Shown here piece by piece: positions 39,801 through 54,800 of a DNA stretch of 64,000 nucleotides. Made by a program: the position numbers and the translations under genes. The notes beneath the pieces are model-generated. The model was not told the origin of the DNA, made no database searches, and worked only from the letters and a program-made list of their open reading frames with translations. The stretch covers positions 9,908,564 through 9,972,563 of the forward strand of contig CM082585.2 in the NCBI GenBank assembly GCA_040954595.2, in the 5' to 3' direction. The stretch's first letter is position 1; the number at the start of each line of letters is the position of its first letter. Source of the stretch: Balanoglossus misakiensis (Eukaryota > Animalia > Hemichordata).

Positions 39801-42800
39801 GGAAATTGACAAAAATAGATTAATCAGAGTTTTTTTTTTTGAGTTGAAAGCTGTATAATATATAATTTTTTATTTTTATGACGTCATATTTCATGATTGA
39901 ATCTTCAGACATACAGACGGCGAATTTTAGTTTTGGTTTTAATCCATCCATACCTTATTGTATTTAACATGGAATCTAGTTCATTTGCTATCCACGAAGG
40001 TTATCTACCATCTCCCTTGCTAGTTGAAATTTGACCTGTGACCTCAGGAGCCTCACTCGAGCTCCATTTAGATTTATCTACTGTTGCAGCAGCTAGGACA
40101 TGTGCACACATCCAAAGTGGGTGTGTCGCCATAGCAACGTAACCTTGACCTCGCTGGTCTGTGATTCATAGGTGAACACTGGTTGGCAACATTATAATGC
40201 AGGAGTGAATACTTTGTTAGCATTTTTGCCGTTCTGTTGGCAGAATTAGAGAAAACGGAGAAAGTGGTTCATCCATCAGACATGAAAATCTCCTCATCTG
40301 CAATTTGGGACGACAGGTTGTCATGGAGCCTCAGTGCTTGTTTGAAAATCAATTTGCATTGTGCTGTTGAGAAGCTGGTTGAAATGAACTCTCAGAGTGT
40401 AATGTCCTTTTGACACTGTGCAGGCAAACACAGGCATCGATAAAAAGCACACGTACTCAACATATGCATGTACGCATACCCATACTCAACTAAAAAAAAA
40501 ACAGATATGAACTGAATCAATGTGCTCGTGAAAAAATCTGAAAATTCGCAATAAATATTGATGATAACAATGATTTCCATCAGGAAGATTGCTGTGGTAT
40601 AAAAGCCCTTTTTCAAATGTTCCTTGGTGAATCAGAACTCAATAGATTCAAAGCAAATGTGTGTGTGACTGAGGAAGCATATGAAGAGAAATCCCTGGTG
40701 AATAGTAAGATGCCATGAAATGGAAAATTAGTGGGAGTGGGGGGGGGGGGAATTGAGCTTGTGAAATTGAGCAGTAGCTTCAGAAGGGAAAAAAAATGTG
40801 GGTGTTATCAGTGAGTTTTTGATCTGCTTTTATGTGTTGTGGTAAAGCTGTTGCAATCCTGTGCAAATTTTCTAAATGTAAAAAAAAAATACGATGTACT
40901 TTCGTTTCTGAATCGATGTGAAGTTGAGGTCGCGAGCCTGATCAATCAATACTACGGTTGAGGGCGTACTTTCTGTGTCGAATTAATATGGATCTTGCTT
41001 GTTCGGTGGCAGAAAGGTGAAATGCATCAGATGCTGATGGCATAGATAATGTGATGCTCTGAGCTGCTTTCAACATGCTGAACTCTGATTATTCTGAGGG
41101 TTTGAATCCCTGGTAGGGTTACAGTCTTTTCTGTCATCGTATATGATTTATTTTTTTCGAGTGGCGATCCAGAGTTACACGTCGTTTCAGAGGCCATTGG
41201 AGAAATAAATAAAAATTTAAATGTTAAGTGAATATTTGCATTTTTTCACGGGAAGAACTAAGGTTAACTACACCCAGGAATGATATCTGCTGTTTATGGC
41301 TGAAGGTTCCAGTCGGTGCCCAAAGAGTTAAAGGGCACGTTTTCCAGAAAATCCAACCTACTTTTGAAGTGCTGTATATTGCAGCCAGACATGTTTATAG
41401 CCCACTGTTTTTCTCTTTTCTGAAAAAAAAAATGGCCATAACTCTAGAAACTTGAAGAATGTCGCCGCTGTCGATATCAGAGGCGGCATCAGAGTCACAG
41501 TATAGTGACCGACCTCTGTTCAAGGTATGTGAACGTGCGACGCTGTGCGTTTCCATAGTGACCTGGAACGATGCCAGCCGGTTGAACAGGCAGTTTCTGT
41601 GCAATGTCCTTGGCACGCCTGGAAAAGCTAGGCCATACATCACATTGGTGAGTTAGCTCCCCACAGCAGAACAAGACAGGTCAACAGACTATTGAGGTCA
41701 CGGGGTCAAGGTAGACTATATATAGACTCCAAAGTGTGTCACACGCCCTTGATGAGTCTACACTAAGGACAAGTTCAAGTACAGTGTGCCAACATGTGGG
41801 GCTGGGAAATTCTTCACAATGTCAATGTTAACATCTGGTTGAAATGTCTCGGTTAATCCCATGTCCGTTCTTTGCCTACGTGTATAAACAAAGTAGTGTT
41901 CTGTGTGGCTTAAGATGCGACTCTTGTAAAAATTATAACAGCTGTCAGTTCTTTCTGATAATGATGAAAGCTCTGTTCAGTAATGTCCAAATGATTTGGT
42001 TTTGCTGCAGTGATTGAGGGAGGGATGTTTTGAAAAAAAGTCTGCACAGGTTACTTTTGGTCATCTCATTCTTGTGCCAGTATTTTGCTTCTCCATAATC
42101 AGGTTGTTGATCTGCCGCTGGTGGCATTAAAGTTTTTACAGTCCCTTTCAAGGTTTTTCTCGGATGTTTCTACCAGAGGATGAGTCAGCTTTGCGTTGTT
42201 TTTACTTCGCTTTTCATTAGCAACAACGTAACGACTTTCCGCTCGGTCCTCATTGGTCGGTTCTGGGGTCAACATCCGCACCGACAAGGGGGACGTATCC
42301 CGCTATTTCACCAATCACCTGAACTGGTCTTCGGGATTTGAAGAGTACAATTTAATGAGTGCCGATTTGAGGGAATAACAGCCTTAATATCCGTGGCAAC
42401 CAGCTGAGGGAAGTCTAAGCAACAAAAGTATTGGCCCCGGTTGTTTACGTCGACACGGACTAATATATGACCGGCGGCGCGACACAAAGCCAAAAGGTTG
42501 GCACGGCCATAAATTTGACCAAGGACAGAAGGGGATATGACATCGTGCACATTTTGTGTGCTATGACCATTTTATATTTGTGCAAAGAGAAATGAAGAAA
42601 ATGCAATAAAATGTATATATCAGCCACTGCTGGTGAATGTATACGTTATAGTGTCATAGGACTGACCAACAACGCTTGTGTGAATGTATTACATTGAAGG
42701 CAGCTTTCTTATCCTGTTTCACGTAACCAGTGAGTGTAACAACATCCAGGTACTGTAGACACACGTCTTTGACAACTGTCTTCAAAATATTTACTGATAT

Positions 42801-45800
42801 TCAGAACGCGGTGAAGCACCGTGTTTTCATTTCCAGATAATGTCAACAGTCTTAAGACGTCTGCTTTTGCATTCAGGGGTTTGTTGAACATCATCAGGAA
42901 AGCGGCTAGTTTCACTTTTATGGCTTTGTGCGCACTAGTTGGGTTTCATATTTTGCGTCAGATACGTCAGATGAAAGAAACAAACTTGTGATGATGTTTG
43001 GAGCTCAGACAATCACTGCCACAAGCTGTTCTGTTTGTCAGCATAGCCTGTGTATGAGAAATAACCATTGTTATTGTTGACAGATCGAGATGAATCTATA
43101 AGTCTGTACTTGAATTCATTGTTGATGACCCTTGTGTGATTTGAGCATAGTTGCATTCAGAAAGTTTGCATAAGTCAGTAAAAAACTGTGTGGTTGCATG
43201 TTTCTTAAAGACATTTCTCATTATAATGGGCGATAGTTTCATAATTTCTTCACTCATAAGTGGCTTCAGATACTTCAATTTCAAAATTTGTTTTCCCATC
43301 TTCCAAGTTGCAGCAACATCCAGATGCAATTCCGCGGCTCCTTTGAGGTAGGGGCTTAAGGGGTCTCAATTGGCAAGACCCCTTAAGTTTATGAGAAATA
43401 CTTGCATTACGTGTCATATCCCTTGGTTACCAGGGGTCATCAGTCGGGTCATCGAAGAGCAGCTGGTGGAGGTTTTGTTTTTACTCTGCCACATGTGTAC
43501 AATATATGGTGTTGTCTTTTGTGGTTCTCTGTTGCCCAACAGAGAGATGTGAAAGTAAAAAGCAGAAAAAAGGGCCATTTTGATACATTTCAGGACTTTC
43601 CAGAGGACTGTAACTTCCGTGTCAACCAACATTGTCTTTTTTTGTGCAGAATGTCCTTACACATGTACATGTACTCTCATTGAAGTCATTATTTATACAT
43701 GTAAGGTGAGATAAAGCCTTAACAGGGAGTCATACATAAAAAAAGAAACATAAATATTCCATAACGGTTTCTTTAGAATGCGGGTGATCATGTACGCAGA
43801 GAAAGGTATCTTTAAACAAGCATCTATCGTAAGGCAAACTTTGGTATTATCTGACATACAAATCTCGTCCCCTTTCAGAGGTTTCAGTGAATTTGTATAT
43901 ATCTGTGCTTCGCATCCCTTTCACTTGCCTGGAGGTTGTCTGGTGTTGCGTTGTTCAGCGCTGCGTAGAGAGATTTTGTTTTAAGGGTGATTATTTATTT
44001 AAATGCACTCAGCTAGCCAGACTTTTGGTTTACCATGGCAACGTTACGTCTGTATATGGCATCTTTGGTTTAAGTTGTGACAGAGATATGCTCTGTGTGT
44101 GAGTGTGTGTGTACGTGAATGCACGTATGGGCATAGTGACGCAGGCTTGATGAGGTCGATATACGATTTTCGTAGGATCTCTTCCTGCTATTGGATTTCA
44201 CAAAAAAGTCGCTTTTGGCTGGCGAAATGTAAAATTTGTTTTATATCATCGGCGATCCAACCAGTAATGGGTTTGGACTGAACCATGGTGGTGAAAGGGT
44301 CATAGCACCATTCAGCTGAGAACTTGCTACGTAAATGTGTGGGCATAGGCCGGAAGCACTATTTGTGTTGAATGAATGAAAATTCGCTTCATTCATAAAT
44401 TTGCTGATATCGCCATACGCGCTGCGCTGTACGCGGAGCTTTTAATACAATTTCATGACCTACATCAGGAATTCACGGGTGTGTTAACGTTTTCATCTTC
44501 AATTTGACGCTGTGTTTACAAAAATCACCAAGGGTATCGTTTTCCGTCCAATCCGAAGTCGAGAAAACACGGAACCGATTCAGGAGAAGCGAGAGCTCCC
44601 TGGCAGCGTTCCAAAATTAAAAATTCTCGCCGTTCAGTTTACATCCAGACCAGCCTGCCAGTGTCTGCTGGATGTCTAGTCAAAGCTATAATTGGAACAT
44701 AGCCCATAATGTTTATTTACAGGTCATTCCGAGATGTGACCTCTCATGTGGCTCAGTCTTTGACAGGTCGTTCCATTCTGGCGAGAGGGCCTCAGCCAGA
44801 CAAAGGGAGGGTGAGACTACAAACCCTCGCACAAAAGACAGGCAACTGCTGGCCTTCAGTATTTCACTCTGATTAATAACTCAGTGGGTGGAGAAACTTG
44901 AAAAGCAATTCATAATGATACTCAGGCAACTAATCATCCGGCCAGTTACCACTCCATGGGGAGAACGCATCAATATCGTATATGTAAATTTTATGTCCAT
45001 GCAAACACCATTACCCAAACGCGTTCAGGCAGACAGCTGTTCAGATATTCAAGGGCATCCCGTAATTTCCATAGAGTGGCTGTGTGGAGTGTCACGTAAT
45101 ACTCGTGTACTAAATATAGCAACAGATATGTGGATATCTTTCTCGGTTCCAGTGATATACATTTCACGGTGGCTGCTGACGAAGCGGCCTATTTACTGAT
45201 CGGTGGCGCAAATCAAGCGGTTGTTTTGGGTCGGCTGCATATTTGTAGACAGATTTCATACCACTTTAGAGTCCAGCACAGTTGTCATGGTTTCAAAGAA
45301 GCCATTTTGTCAGACATGACCACTTAGAGTGTGGTAGTGTGATTAAGCATTATAAAAAACATTCCAAGCGTTTGGAATGAGTGTTCCTTAAATATATTGT
45401 TTGGTGTACGTTGTGCCTTTGTGGATATGAAAATATGACCATATTGAATCAGTTGTGTACTTGAATCGCAGTTGTTTAAAAAATCTATAAAAATAAATTT
45501 GGATAGCAGATTTATTATGACAGAAAAGGCGTGCCAGATTCTTGTTTGATTAAAATATCATTTCAAGGTTCTGCACGCACTCTTACACCATTGGGCTGAT
45601 ATGTAAAGGTGAGGTGAACTTGCTTAACATATTTGTACGGTTGAAGTACTGTGCCAAGGTCAGAGCAAGTTGAGAAATTCTGACTTCACAGAATATTGCG
45701 TATGAAAGCAAAGTAGGCCAGCTGTAGTCTTCAGGGGTAAGGTGAACTGACCTAACGTCGACGGCGACGACGTCAGCCGCGAGAGAAAAAAAAATGGGAC

Positions 45801-48800
45801 AGGTATCATCAGGTGAAGGCTAAGCTATGCAGAGTGCATTGGTTTTACGCATGTGTCAAGCCAGCCAATCCTAAACAGAGGGTATTCATCCGAGTAGATT
45901 CCATGTGAAGGCTCTTTGGTGGGCAGGGCCCTGGCTTTCAAGTTCCCAGTATATGGTGTTGTCAATCATTCGCCTTGCTGAAATCTTGCGGCTGGGAGCA
46001 GGCTATGCAGGCCTGGCAATCAGGTGCCAGAAACGGTCTTTGTTTGTGTTTTTTAACCTTCATGGGTCAGTGAGGTGACAACCACCATGATGCCCTAGTT
46101 TTTAGCTGTTATGGTTTGTAGTCGAGTTCGCCCGCTGGCGTGTGCCGGGCTGAACCACTCGTGCCGCAGCCAGTCCCCTCCTTGCTCCGGTACCAGTGAC
46201 CACCCCTGTGTGACAATGGTCAGGTCGGAGAAATTATGCATGCATGAGGTGCCGTGTATGTATTGTAACCGGCACAAGGCTTTGGAATTGCACACACTGT
46301 GTGTGGAGTCAGTGTAGACCTTTAAAAAGAAACTACCTCAGACAGCTTTTTCAAAGTCGGCCTTAGGATACAATTAGGACCTTGGCGTTATTGACATCCT
46401 GCATAAGCCAGAGCTGGCATTCTTGCGGGAGCACCCGAGTCTGAACCCAGGGCAGAGGTTACCTAATTAAAATTCTTTTATTCAAATTAATTAGGACTCT
46501 ACAAGCGGTAGGAGCCAGAGGTAAGTCAACGTTTTATTACGTTGTGCATTCTCTTCTGTCTGGAGCCGGCTGATTGTCTCATGATATGTTGTTTTCTTTG
46601 TGGTGTGTACACTATTCTGGGCAGCTGATCTCTGGGTGTACACTGCTACAGTAGGCAGTGATATGGCTCTCTGCTGACAGGGTGTGAAATTTCTCAATAT
46701 CACTCCTGCCAGCGAGCTAGCTCACACTCTAGATCCACAGTTGCTGGCACGAGCACACCGTGCCACATGCACTGTGCTATACCAGATAGAGCAGTTGACC
46801 TTGGTTGTAAAAACCAGAGGCCGTGCCATGCAGGCAAAGAAAAAAAAATCTGAAAAATGCCAGTTGTGTTGGCATGGCTCAACTCTATACAAGGTCACAC
46901 GGCCATAGCAGATAAAGTGCTTAGTAGATTGATGAAGGTCAGTATGAAAACATAAATGCACATTGTAACCCCATATGTGTTGCAGTCGACAGGCATGGAA
47001 ATTTTGAAGCCTTTTTTTCCCATAACATTACAGATAATCAGCGGTTTACGTTTTCTCTTAAGAGTGTAGACGTTTACTCTGAATTGCAGACAAAAGTTGT
47101 ACTGACCTGCCTGTGTGGGTTGGCAAAGAAACAGATGTATAATTTATGTACACGATAACGATTGTACACATTTACACACCCAGAATGGGTGCATTTTTCC
47201 TGTCCCTTTTTTTCGTGCATTTTGCTCTAACATTTCTGGGCTCTGCGACAGGACACTGCATTGTGGCCACACACAATGGGGAGAGGATGGTGGCATTTTT
47301 TTCTAAACCCTCTCTAATTACCACAACAATTGCAAAATGTGAAAATTTCGTGCAGGGTGGCACTCTCACAATGGCTGACCCGCTATTGTTATGCCTGCCT
47401 TTTGTGTTGATGCCTTGCACACAACTGCTCATAGAGCAAATATGGACCATTCCATTCACACCCATAGGGGTGTGCAGCCCCTTCTGCCCCTCTCCCCTCC
47501 TACAGTATTATCCCCGAAAAATTGATACATTCTAATGGCTTCTTGTGACTTTAAAATATTGAAAACTATCAACAAAAAGTTTTCAAAACTTTTGTTGTAT
47601 ACTGCAAGACTTGTGTGATTTGAGACTGAGGTTCTATTTTTGGCCAAACCTTAAAATATCAATTAAAAAGATTTCACAGAAGAAAAAACTTTGTTTTTTG
47701 TGGAGGCTGTAATTGTTTCTAAAGTTTGGGTTTTCAATTACATGTATTAACTAGGTGAAAATGTCAAAGATTTTCAGTACTTGGGAATTAGGACAGTTAA
47801 TTGTGTCATATATGATAGTAATCTGGGTTTTTGTTTTGTGTACATTATTTGATTAATTTTAAAGGTGAAATAGTAGGAAATTTCACATACACAATTTCTG
47901 GAATCCACATCTAGGGTGGAAAGAATGCGAGGATGACAAGATATGAGATATTGAGGTCATAAGTCATCGGGCCTTGGGGATTTATGTCAAGGTTAGACGA
48001 GAATTTCACCTAGTACCAGATTGCAGTCTTCGTCTGGTATTATGCTCACCATCATGTATTATGGGTCAACTGTGACAGATATGGATTTTGAATTTTCTCT
48101 TGTTGAAATATGTCCATTTCATATTCAGGTTTGCTATTATGAAATTCACAAATGATACAAATATCAGCATACTTTAAATTTGTTTTAAAAAATAGATTTC
48201 TGTTGTCATAATCTTGTAGGAAAATACTCATATTTTTTTTTATAAGCATCTCATTTGTGTAAAAATACTAGGATATAAACTTGCCAATCAGAATTTTATT
48301 GCAAGTACTTTCTAAATTAGAGGCAATTTTTGGTATTGTGGAAACAAATGCCAAAATACATCCAATGGCTTGTATATATAAAATACCCCTTTATACAAAT
48401 GGAATGATCCACCTTTTGGGGAGATGCCATTTTCATTAAAATATACCTATTTTTCATAATATGGATGTATCGAGGGAAATGTTCAATCAGAAAATCAAGA
48501 TTTTATGTGATGCAATATCTTATGCAAATTATTACCAATAAGATATAAATTTGATAAAATTTCACCCAATTTTTCACATAATCACAGTGTGATTATTTTT
48601 GGTCTGTCATTTTGCATTTCAATGATAGAAAATATACATTTTGATGTTTATTTTCTGTTAGTAAAGAACTATCTTTAAAATTAAAGTTAAATTACAGAAG
48701 GAAGATTTTACTAAAATAATTAATTTCCTTGATTTTATATACTGGCTTCTTAAACACTGCTATAGTGAAATTTTGGCTGGCCATGCACAATAAATTAACA

Positions 48801-51800
48801 AAATGTTCAGGGTGGTCAGCTGGAGAGGTTGTGGAAGGAAAATTAAAAACAAATAATTTGATTTCTTGTAAAACGGATTTTGAAATAAATCAGGTCTGCA
48901 GGGAAGGGGTTTGGTTCTAGATCTCAGACATGGAAACCCCATGAAGAAGTGCAAAGGATGCTGGGATTGAGTGCCTGCTGATCGTATGCGCAAGGTCAGA
49001 GGAATTGAAATTGTGGCGTTGACCTTCCCGAATTCCTCTCTGTTTTCTCTCGCACTCACTGTCTCAATTTCCATTCTCTCAGCAAGGCTTGTTTGCTTAA
49101 AATGCACCGAAAGGGTTCGGGTCAAAAACGCAAGGTGCCGCCGCTCAGGGTCAAGAATTATGCTGCAAGACAATAAATTTGTTGATCTAGGATCTAGCCT
49201 ATCAGAAAGAATGACTGGAAACACCAAGGTGTTTTCAGGTCTCTTTCAATCTGCACAACAAGATTCCCCTCATTCTTCATTCAGAACCATGTTTCCAAAT
49301 ATGTCAGCCAGGAGCTGTGTGCATTTCTGCACAAAATGACAAAACCATCCTGCACAGTAGCACATTTGTCATATTTTAAAATTATTTTATAATCCAAGAG
49401 GTAAGAAACAAAGCAATGTGTAATATGGATTTGATTATTGTTGAAGAAATAATTATATGCTCCTTGCACACATTTTAAATGATGGAAAAATTGGCTATCA
49501 AAACCAGTGTTCAAATCTCCACACACCGCAATATGTCAAATGCTTCCCTATGCCCTGTCTGTTAATCATGGTTTGAATTGAAATATGCGGAAACATTGGC
49601 AAAATGCTTCAAGGGAGTAACGGTTGACTGACGAGATTATGCACACAAAAAAAGGTGGATATCTCTTTGTCTGCTGGTGCAAGGTCATTGTTATTGATGA
49701 GGCCATTCAATACGTATATCGCCTGAACATTTTGGTTTGTGTTTGAACGTTTGACAAACCTCACCTCCCGTTTCTGACCAGTCTTTGTTGTGCATCAACG
49801 ATGCTCATCCTTGAAATCCGGTCGCACTAGGGCGGTGTTTTTGAATCGATTGTTGCTTAGGTTTGTCCCTGTTCATCCTATGTGCAGTCTAGGAAATATA
49901 CTTGTGATTCTTGTTAATTTCAGAGGTAACGATTCACCTGGTGTGGCATTAGAAACTAGATGAATTCTCAGTGTTTGTTCGGTGATATTTGTCCAGTGTT
50001 TAGTAATAATACACCAGGTATTTTTACAGTATTCGCAGGAAAGGTAAGCTTTAGGGTAGTTTCTGTTTGATTTAAAATGCCAGCGCTGTGTGGATGGTTT
50101 GTAATTAAACGAGGGGTGGTCATTTCGGTGATCTTACGATGAATAACGCACATCAGGGTTTAAATTCAGCAAAGCAGTGTTACAGTTACTTTTCATTGTA
50201 CAGAGTGTGTGGTACGTGTGAGCAGAGTGAGTGGGTGTGTTGTGTAGATGTTCATTGATGGGTTTTGAAAGTGTTTCCCCTTGTAGTAGGAGACTCGCGT
50301 ACTATTTCTACACACACTGTTCGGGACATTTGCATATAATTTGCATGCCGCCCACTCAAACTGAGCATGCTCAGTTGTGTCGGGAAGCCCTAGGTCAGTG
50401 GGATTATGTACGTGTGGTGGTCGTGCAGGATTTGTTGTACACAAATCGACGACTGAGGATATCTGCCGGCTGAATCTTTTCCAACGCCCTCTGACAGAGC
50501 GGGGTAGTTACGCTTGTAGTGGAGCAGTAAGGTGAGAAGAGATTCACTCACTTTGAGGAACTGAAAACCTTTCCGCGTTTTTGCGGGAAGTTCTGTAGTA
50601 TTGATTTGTGTGTGTGAAAACAAACCGGCCAGTGTCAGAGTATTAGCAAGAAGGTCATTTTGTCTTTGTAGTACTGGCACGTGTGCCCTATCATTCCAGG
50701 AAGTGCTGGATCTGACTCAGTTCGCAAAGTTTATTGAACATTGAACAAACATTCTCCATAACATAAGTAACCATTTCCTCTTCCAGTGGGTCACGTAGAT
50801 CTGAAGTTCGCAAAATATTGGCAGTAGATGAGGTTTTCTGTAGTAGCAGCTCTAGTAAATAGAGTGGCACTAATTCCTGCATGCCTTTGCATAAATTTTC
50901 TCTCCTTCTTTTGTTCTGTGTTCAATGCCTCAGCCTTGTTGCTAATTATATTTGGGCAGCCAGCATCTGACAAAAGCCTGGTTGACCCTCGTTAACACGT
51001 CGACATGTCTGGCTGACTGTTTCAAATTTGCCCGGTCGATCAGTCGTCGGGCATTTCTTCAATAACCTGTAGCTGTTTGTGAAGTCGCCTTCTGTTCTTT
51101 GTAACTGGCATACTCTGCAGATAGGGGACCTTTTTGCGTTGAAGTCGTGATTCAGTTGTCTCTGTAGTCGTGGGTGTTTTTGTTTCGGGTTTCCGGGTCC
51201 GAGGAAACAAGCCAGTTAGTGGTGTTGTGTTGATGAATAATTACAACCATGTGCATAGGTCAGTGTGATCACATACACACACCCAAGACACACTGCTTCA
51301 CTGACAACAAGAGTAAAGAAACCTTGACTACTGCAAATAAAATGCTTAATCGAGAATTATGTAATTCTAGACAACAAAATGATAACTTGGGTCATGTAAT
51401 TTCAGACAATCTAAATGCTGATAACTAGGGTGATGTAATTTTTACACTATCTTAATGATAACTTTAGGTCAACAATAGTCTTCATCCAAACCTATAGCGA
51501 ATTGTATCTGGAAGGACAATTTATGTTGTCGGTCCATTTCTACCCTCTCACCCCTGTTTCCCCTCATATGGAACCTCCCATGCCTACACCTGAATACAGT
51601 GGTTTCAAATCAAACTAGTGGTTAAAGGATGAAAATCGTAGATGACAGAATTTTGTCTTCCAATACAAATCCATTTTATGTATAAAAGACAATATCCTTG
51701 AAGGTAACCTTGTCCAAGTAAATTTGAATTAATGACTTTAGATTTTTTTCTAGTTCTGTTGTGTTATAATCACACATCTTCCAGCTGAGAGCAAATTCAT

Positions 51801-54800
51801 GATCGCAGTCCTATTTTGAGAATATATCTCTCCAATATTTTAGAATCATTGGCTCTTTAGTGCGGCAACTCATCATTTTCCTAAAGATATGTTCCTTTCT
51901 TGAATTTGACCTTAAGAGTGAGGTCAAGAAGAGGTCAGAGTTCACAGAAGACATAATAGTCTTTGTAGTATAATAGAAGTACTATCTGTACTGTGCCAAA
52001 GCTTACATGCAAGAATTGAAAACAGCACCAAAGTTTTCTGTGTGAAAAAATCTGAATCAGAAGTACGGCAGTTTTGAAAGTAAGTTTCGGGAAGAATAAA
52101 TACCATTTACTTTCTCAAAAGTGACCCAGAATGTGTAGAGAAAAAAATAATGTAAACGGCATCATAAAATTTAATCAGACATGAAAATACAATCGGAAGT
52201 AAAATAGAATGTATCCAGCAAGCAAGAAATGACTTTCTCCAGAGGTCAGTGAGCATTCCCAGGACCATTTTATGAGATAACACAATGTCTGGTCAAGACA
52301 AGGCTCTTCAAATGACAAGAAGACCGTCTTTCTTGGCTGGGGCATAAAAATGGAACAATAGCTTGGGGGGTTTGGCCAGGGATCAATGATTAACTGTGAA
52401 TATTTTAATGAGAACCAGCGTTGTTGGACACACCTGAAATACCTTAGCGTTGTTTGTTTTGGTCCGAATTGTTTGTTTTGATACATGACACCGGTTGTGT
52501 CTTTCATCAGAAACTGAGAACAAATAATTGTTTATGAAATCGAAGTGCTGTAGTTGTCCAGTTTTTTAATATCGAAGATTTCCGATTGTTTTGGTTTTTG
52601 TGTCGCTTAGCAAACTAGCTACCGCTGCTGCAGAAAAGAATTTGGCGTCGGTGCAGACTTGTTGGTACAAGTTTTGCATAGTTTTGTGTCAGCTCTTGAA
52701 TGTCCTCTCTGACCCCTGTCGCGTCTGTCAGCATTTCTGGGGCCCTGTTGTTATTTTTTTACCCTCCATATATTACCTAGAATTGTTATCTTTCTGTTTC
52801 GATTACAAAGAAATAGCGTGGCCTTGTTTTCCAGGGCTCTCAAGAAGGAAACAGTTCTTGGTTGAACCATTGTATTACGCGATCGTTGGATACGAGACCC
52901 GGTTATTGTCACCTACATAAAAGACAGGCGTAAAGACGCTGCTTGCCACTTTATTTTGGTACAGTGCAGTTGATTTCTGTGCTGCGGGTGGAACTATTTA
53001 CCCGGCGATGGGGGTGAAAAGGTCAAACATAGAAGTGTGCCAAACGGACACCGTAGACTTTGCGTGTCAATTACACCCATCAAGACAGACAGACTCAATT
53101 TATTAGCGAGCAGCTGCCAGCGACTATTCGATCCAAAGTCGGATGACAGAATTATTTCTAAAAAAGACGCCTACTGATTAGCTTTAACCAAAAGCACCCC
53201 TAATAACAAGTCCTAAATAGCCATTGTTGTTAAAACACTATAGAGCCTCAAAAGTCCTAGATTAATACGAGGGACTTTATTTTGACGTTACTCAGCTGCT
53301 GGATAATTGGTCTCTTTATATGTTTGCATAATCTCATCTGCCTTTTATAAATAAATTAATGCCTCTCCAAGGCTGGGATTAATTTGGGGGGGCTGGTACC
53401 ATTCATAGTGTCATCATTCAAATTGCTGTACCAAACTCGCACAAAGAACATGACCAATAGAAAAGAGAAAAAGAGATCTCGACACACACATTGCTGTTGT
53501 TTCCAGATAGTTTACTTCTATAACTATTGTGGAACCAAAATTACGGTATTAAATAATCTATGATAATGCAAGACAGAAGTCGCCATTTTAAACACATGTT
53601 GCTAGTTTTGTTTCCTCACTTTGTTGAGATATTACCGTAAAACTGCAGCAGTAAAATCCACAGCTACAATTTCTTTGTGTCCATGTTACCCACCCACACC
53701 ATTGTCAAACAAACAGGATCACATGAAGCAATTGTTACTTGCAAATTATGAAGCTCCTCTCTCAAACTGGGATTGCTGGTGGTCGATGATTTGAAGGTGA
53801 TTTTGTTGGTGATCTCCGGGGAGGTCATTAAATGTAACAAAAATGTCCTTTTGCTCATCTGCAAAGTCACACTCTAGGGGGAATACAAGGCAGTGAATGT
53901 GGTGGGTTCAGGGTTAGGGACAGTTAAACCTGTCGGAACTAAACACAAAAAAGACTGAAGATACTGTTGCAGAGGTGTCCAGTGTATAGAGGTTCTATTA
54001 ACATGTGGTTCTATGTCCAAGGGATGGAAAAAGTGTTTGGTATAGACATGTTTCCATTAGGGGTGGGGGCTGAACTTTTGTGGACGTGATTTTGGTTAGG
54101 TCACACTTTTTCCTTTGACATGATTCTAACAATGTCCCGTTTTCCCTCTCCTTCTTTTTGCTTGCAGGGCAATCCGTGCTTTCCAGCAGGTACTCTACAC
54201 AGATCCAAGCTTCAGCCGTGCCAATGAAGTTCACCTGCGTCTGGGGTTGATGTTCAAGGTCAACTCTGACTATGAACCGAGTCTGAAGCATTTCCAGTTA
54301 GCACTGATAGATTCAAGTCTCTGCACTTTATCCAAATTAGAAAGTAAGTCTCCATTGGCCCATGAAATGGGTACAAAAATAGGCAAAGCAATATATGTTT
54401 TATAATACATCTCATGCTCATGTCTCCATATGAACTCACATTAGTCATGTGACTGGGTAGTAAAAGTTAATGTGACTTTCCATAGGACAGTATTCATTAT
54501 ATTTTCCTATCATGTGACTGATTCTAGCAAATCACAACACAGCATGAGGTGACCGTGTGTTACAGTACTGTACTTACAGTATTTACAATATTTAAATACC
54601 TTGCTCTCTCTCTTTCTTTTCAGTTAAATTCCACATAGCTCATTTATATGAAATTCAGGTAAGATGAAGTTTCAGTATACTTGACAAATACTGGTAAAAA
54701 TCTTTGAAGGAAATTTGATCGTGGGTGTACAAATATCCCTAGCACTATCCAACCATGCAGTGTGAGCCTGGCCCATAATTTCGAACAGCAGCAATGCCAC

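Noticed and set aside
44303-44323. miR-29-like TAGCACCATT
   Set aside because: Only the first 10 nt match, no precursor hairpin is evident, and it abuts a MITE end.
46500-50050. Strong splice donors near 46521, 49401 and 50044 as extra KDM6A coding exons
   Set aside because: In the phase needed to join exon 6 each meets an upstream stop without an ATG; non-coding use cannot be judged from sequence.
25128-54167. Short ORFs (60-155 aa) in the two large KDM6A introns as nested genes or transposases
   Set aside because: No recognisable domain and no chain of in-frame exons; consistent with random ORFs.
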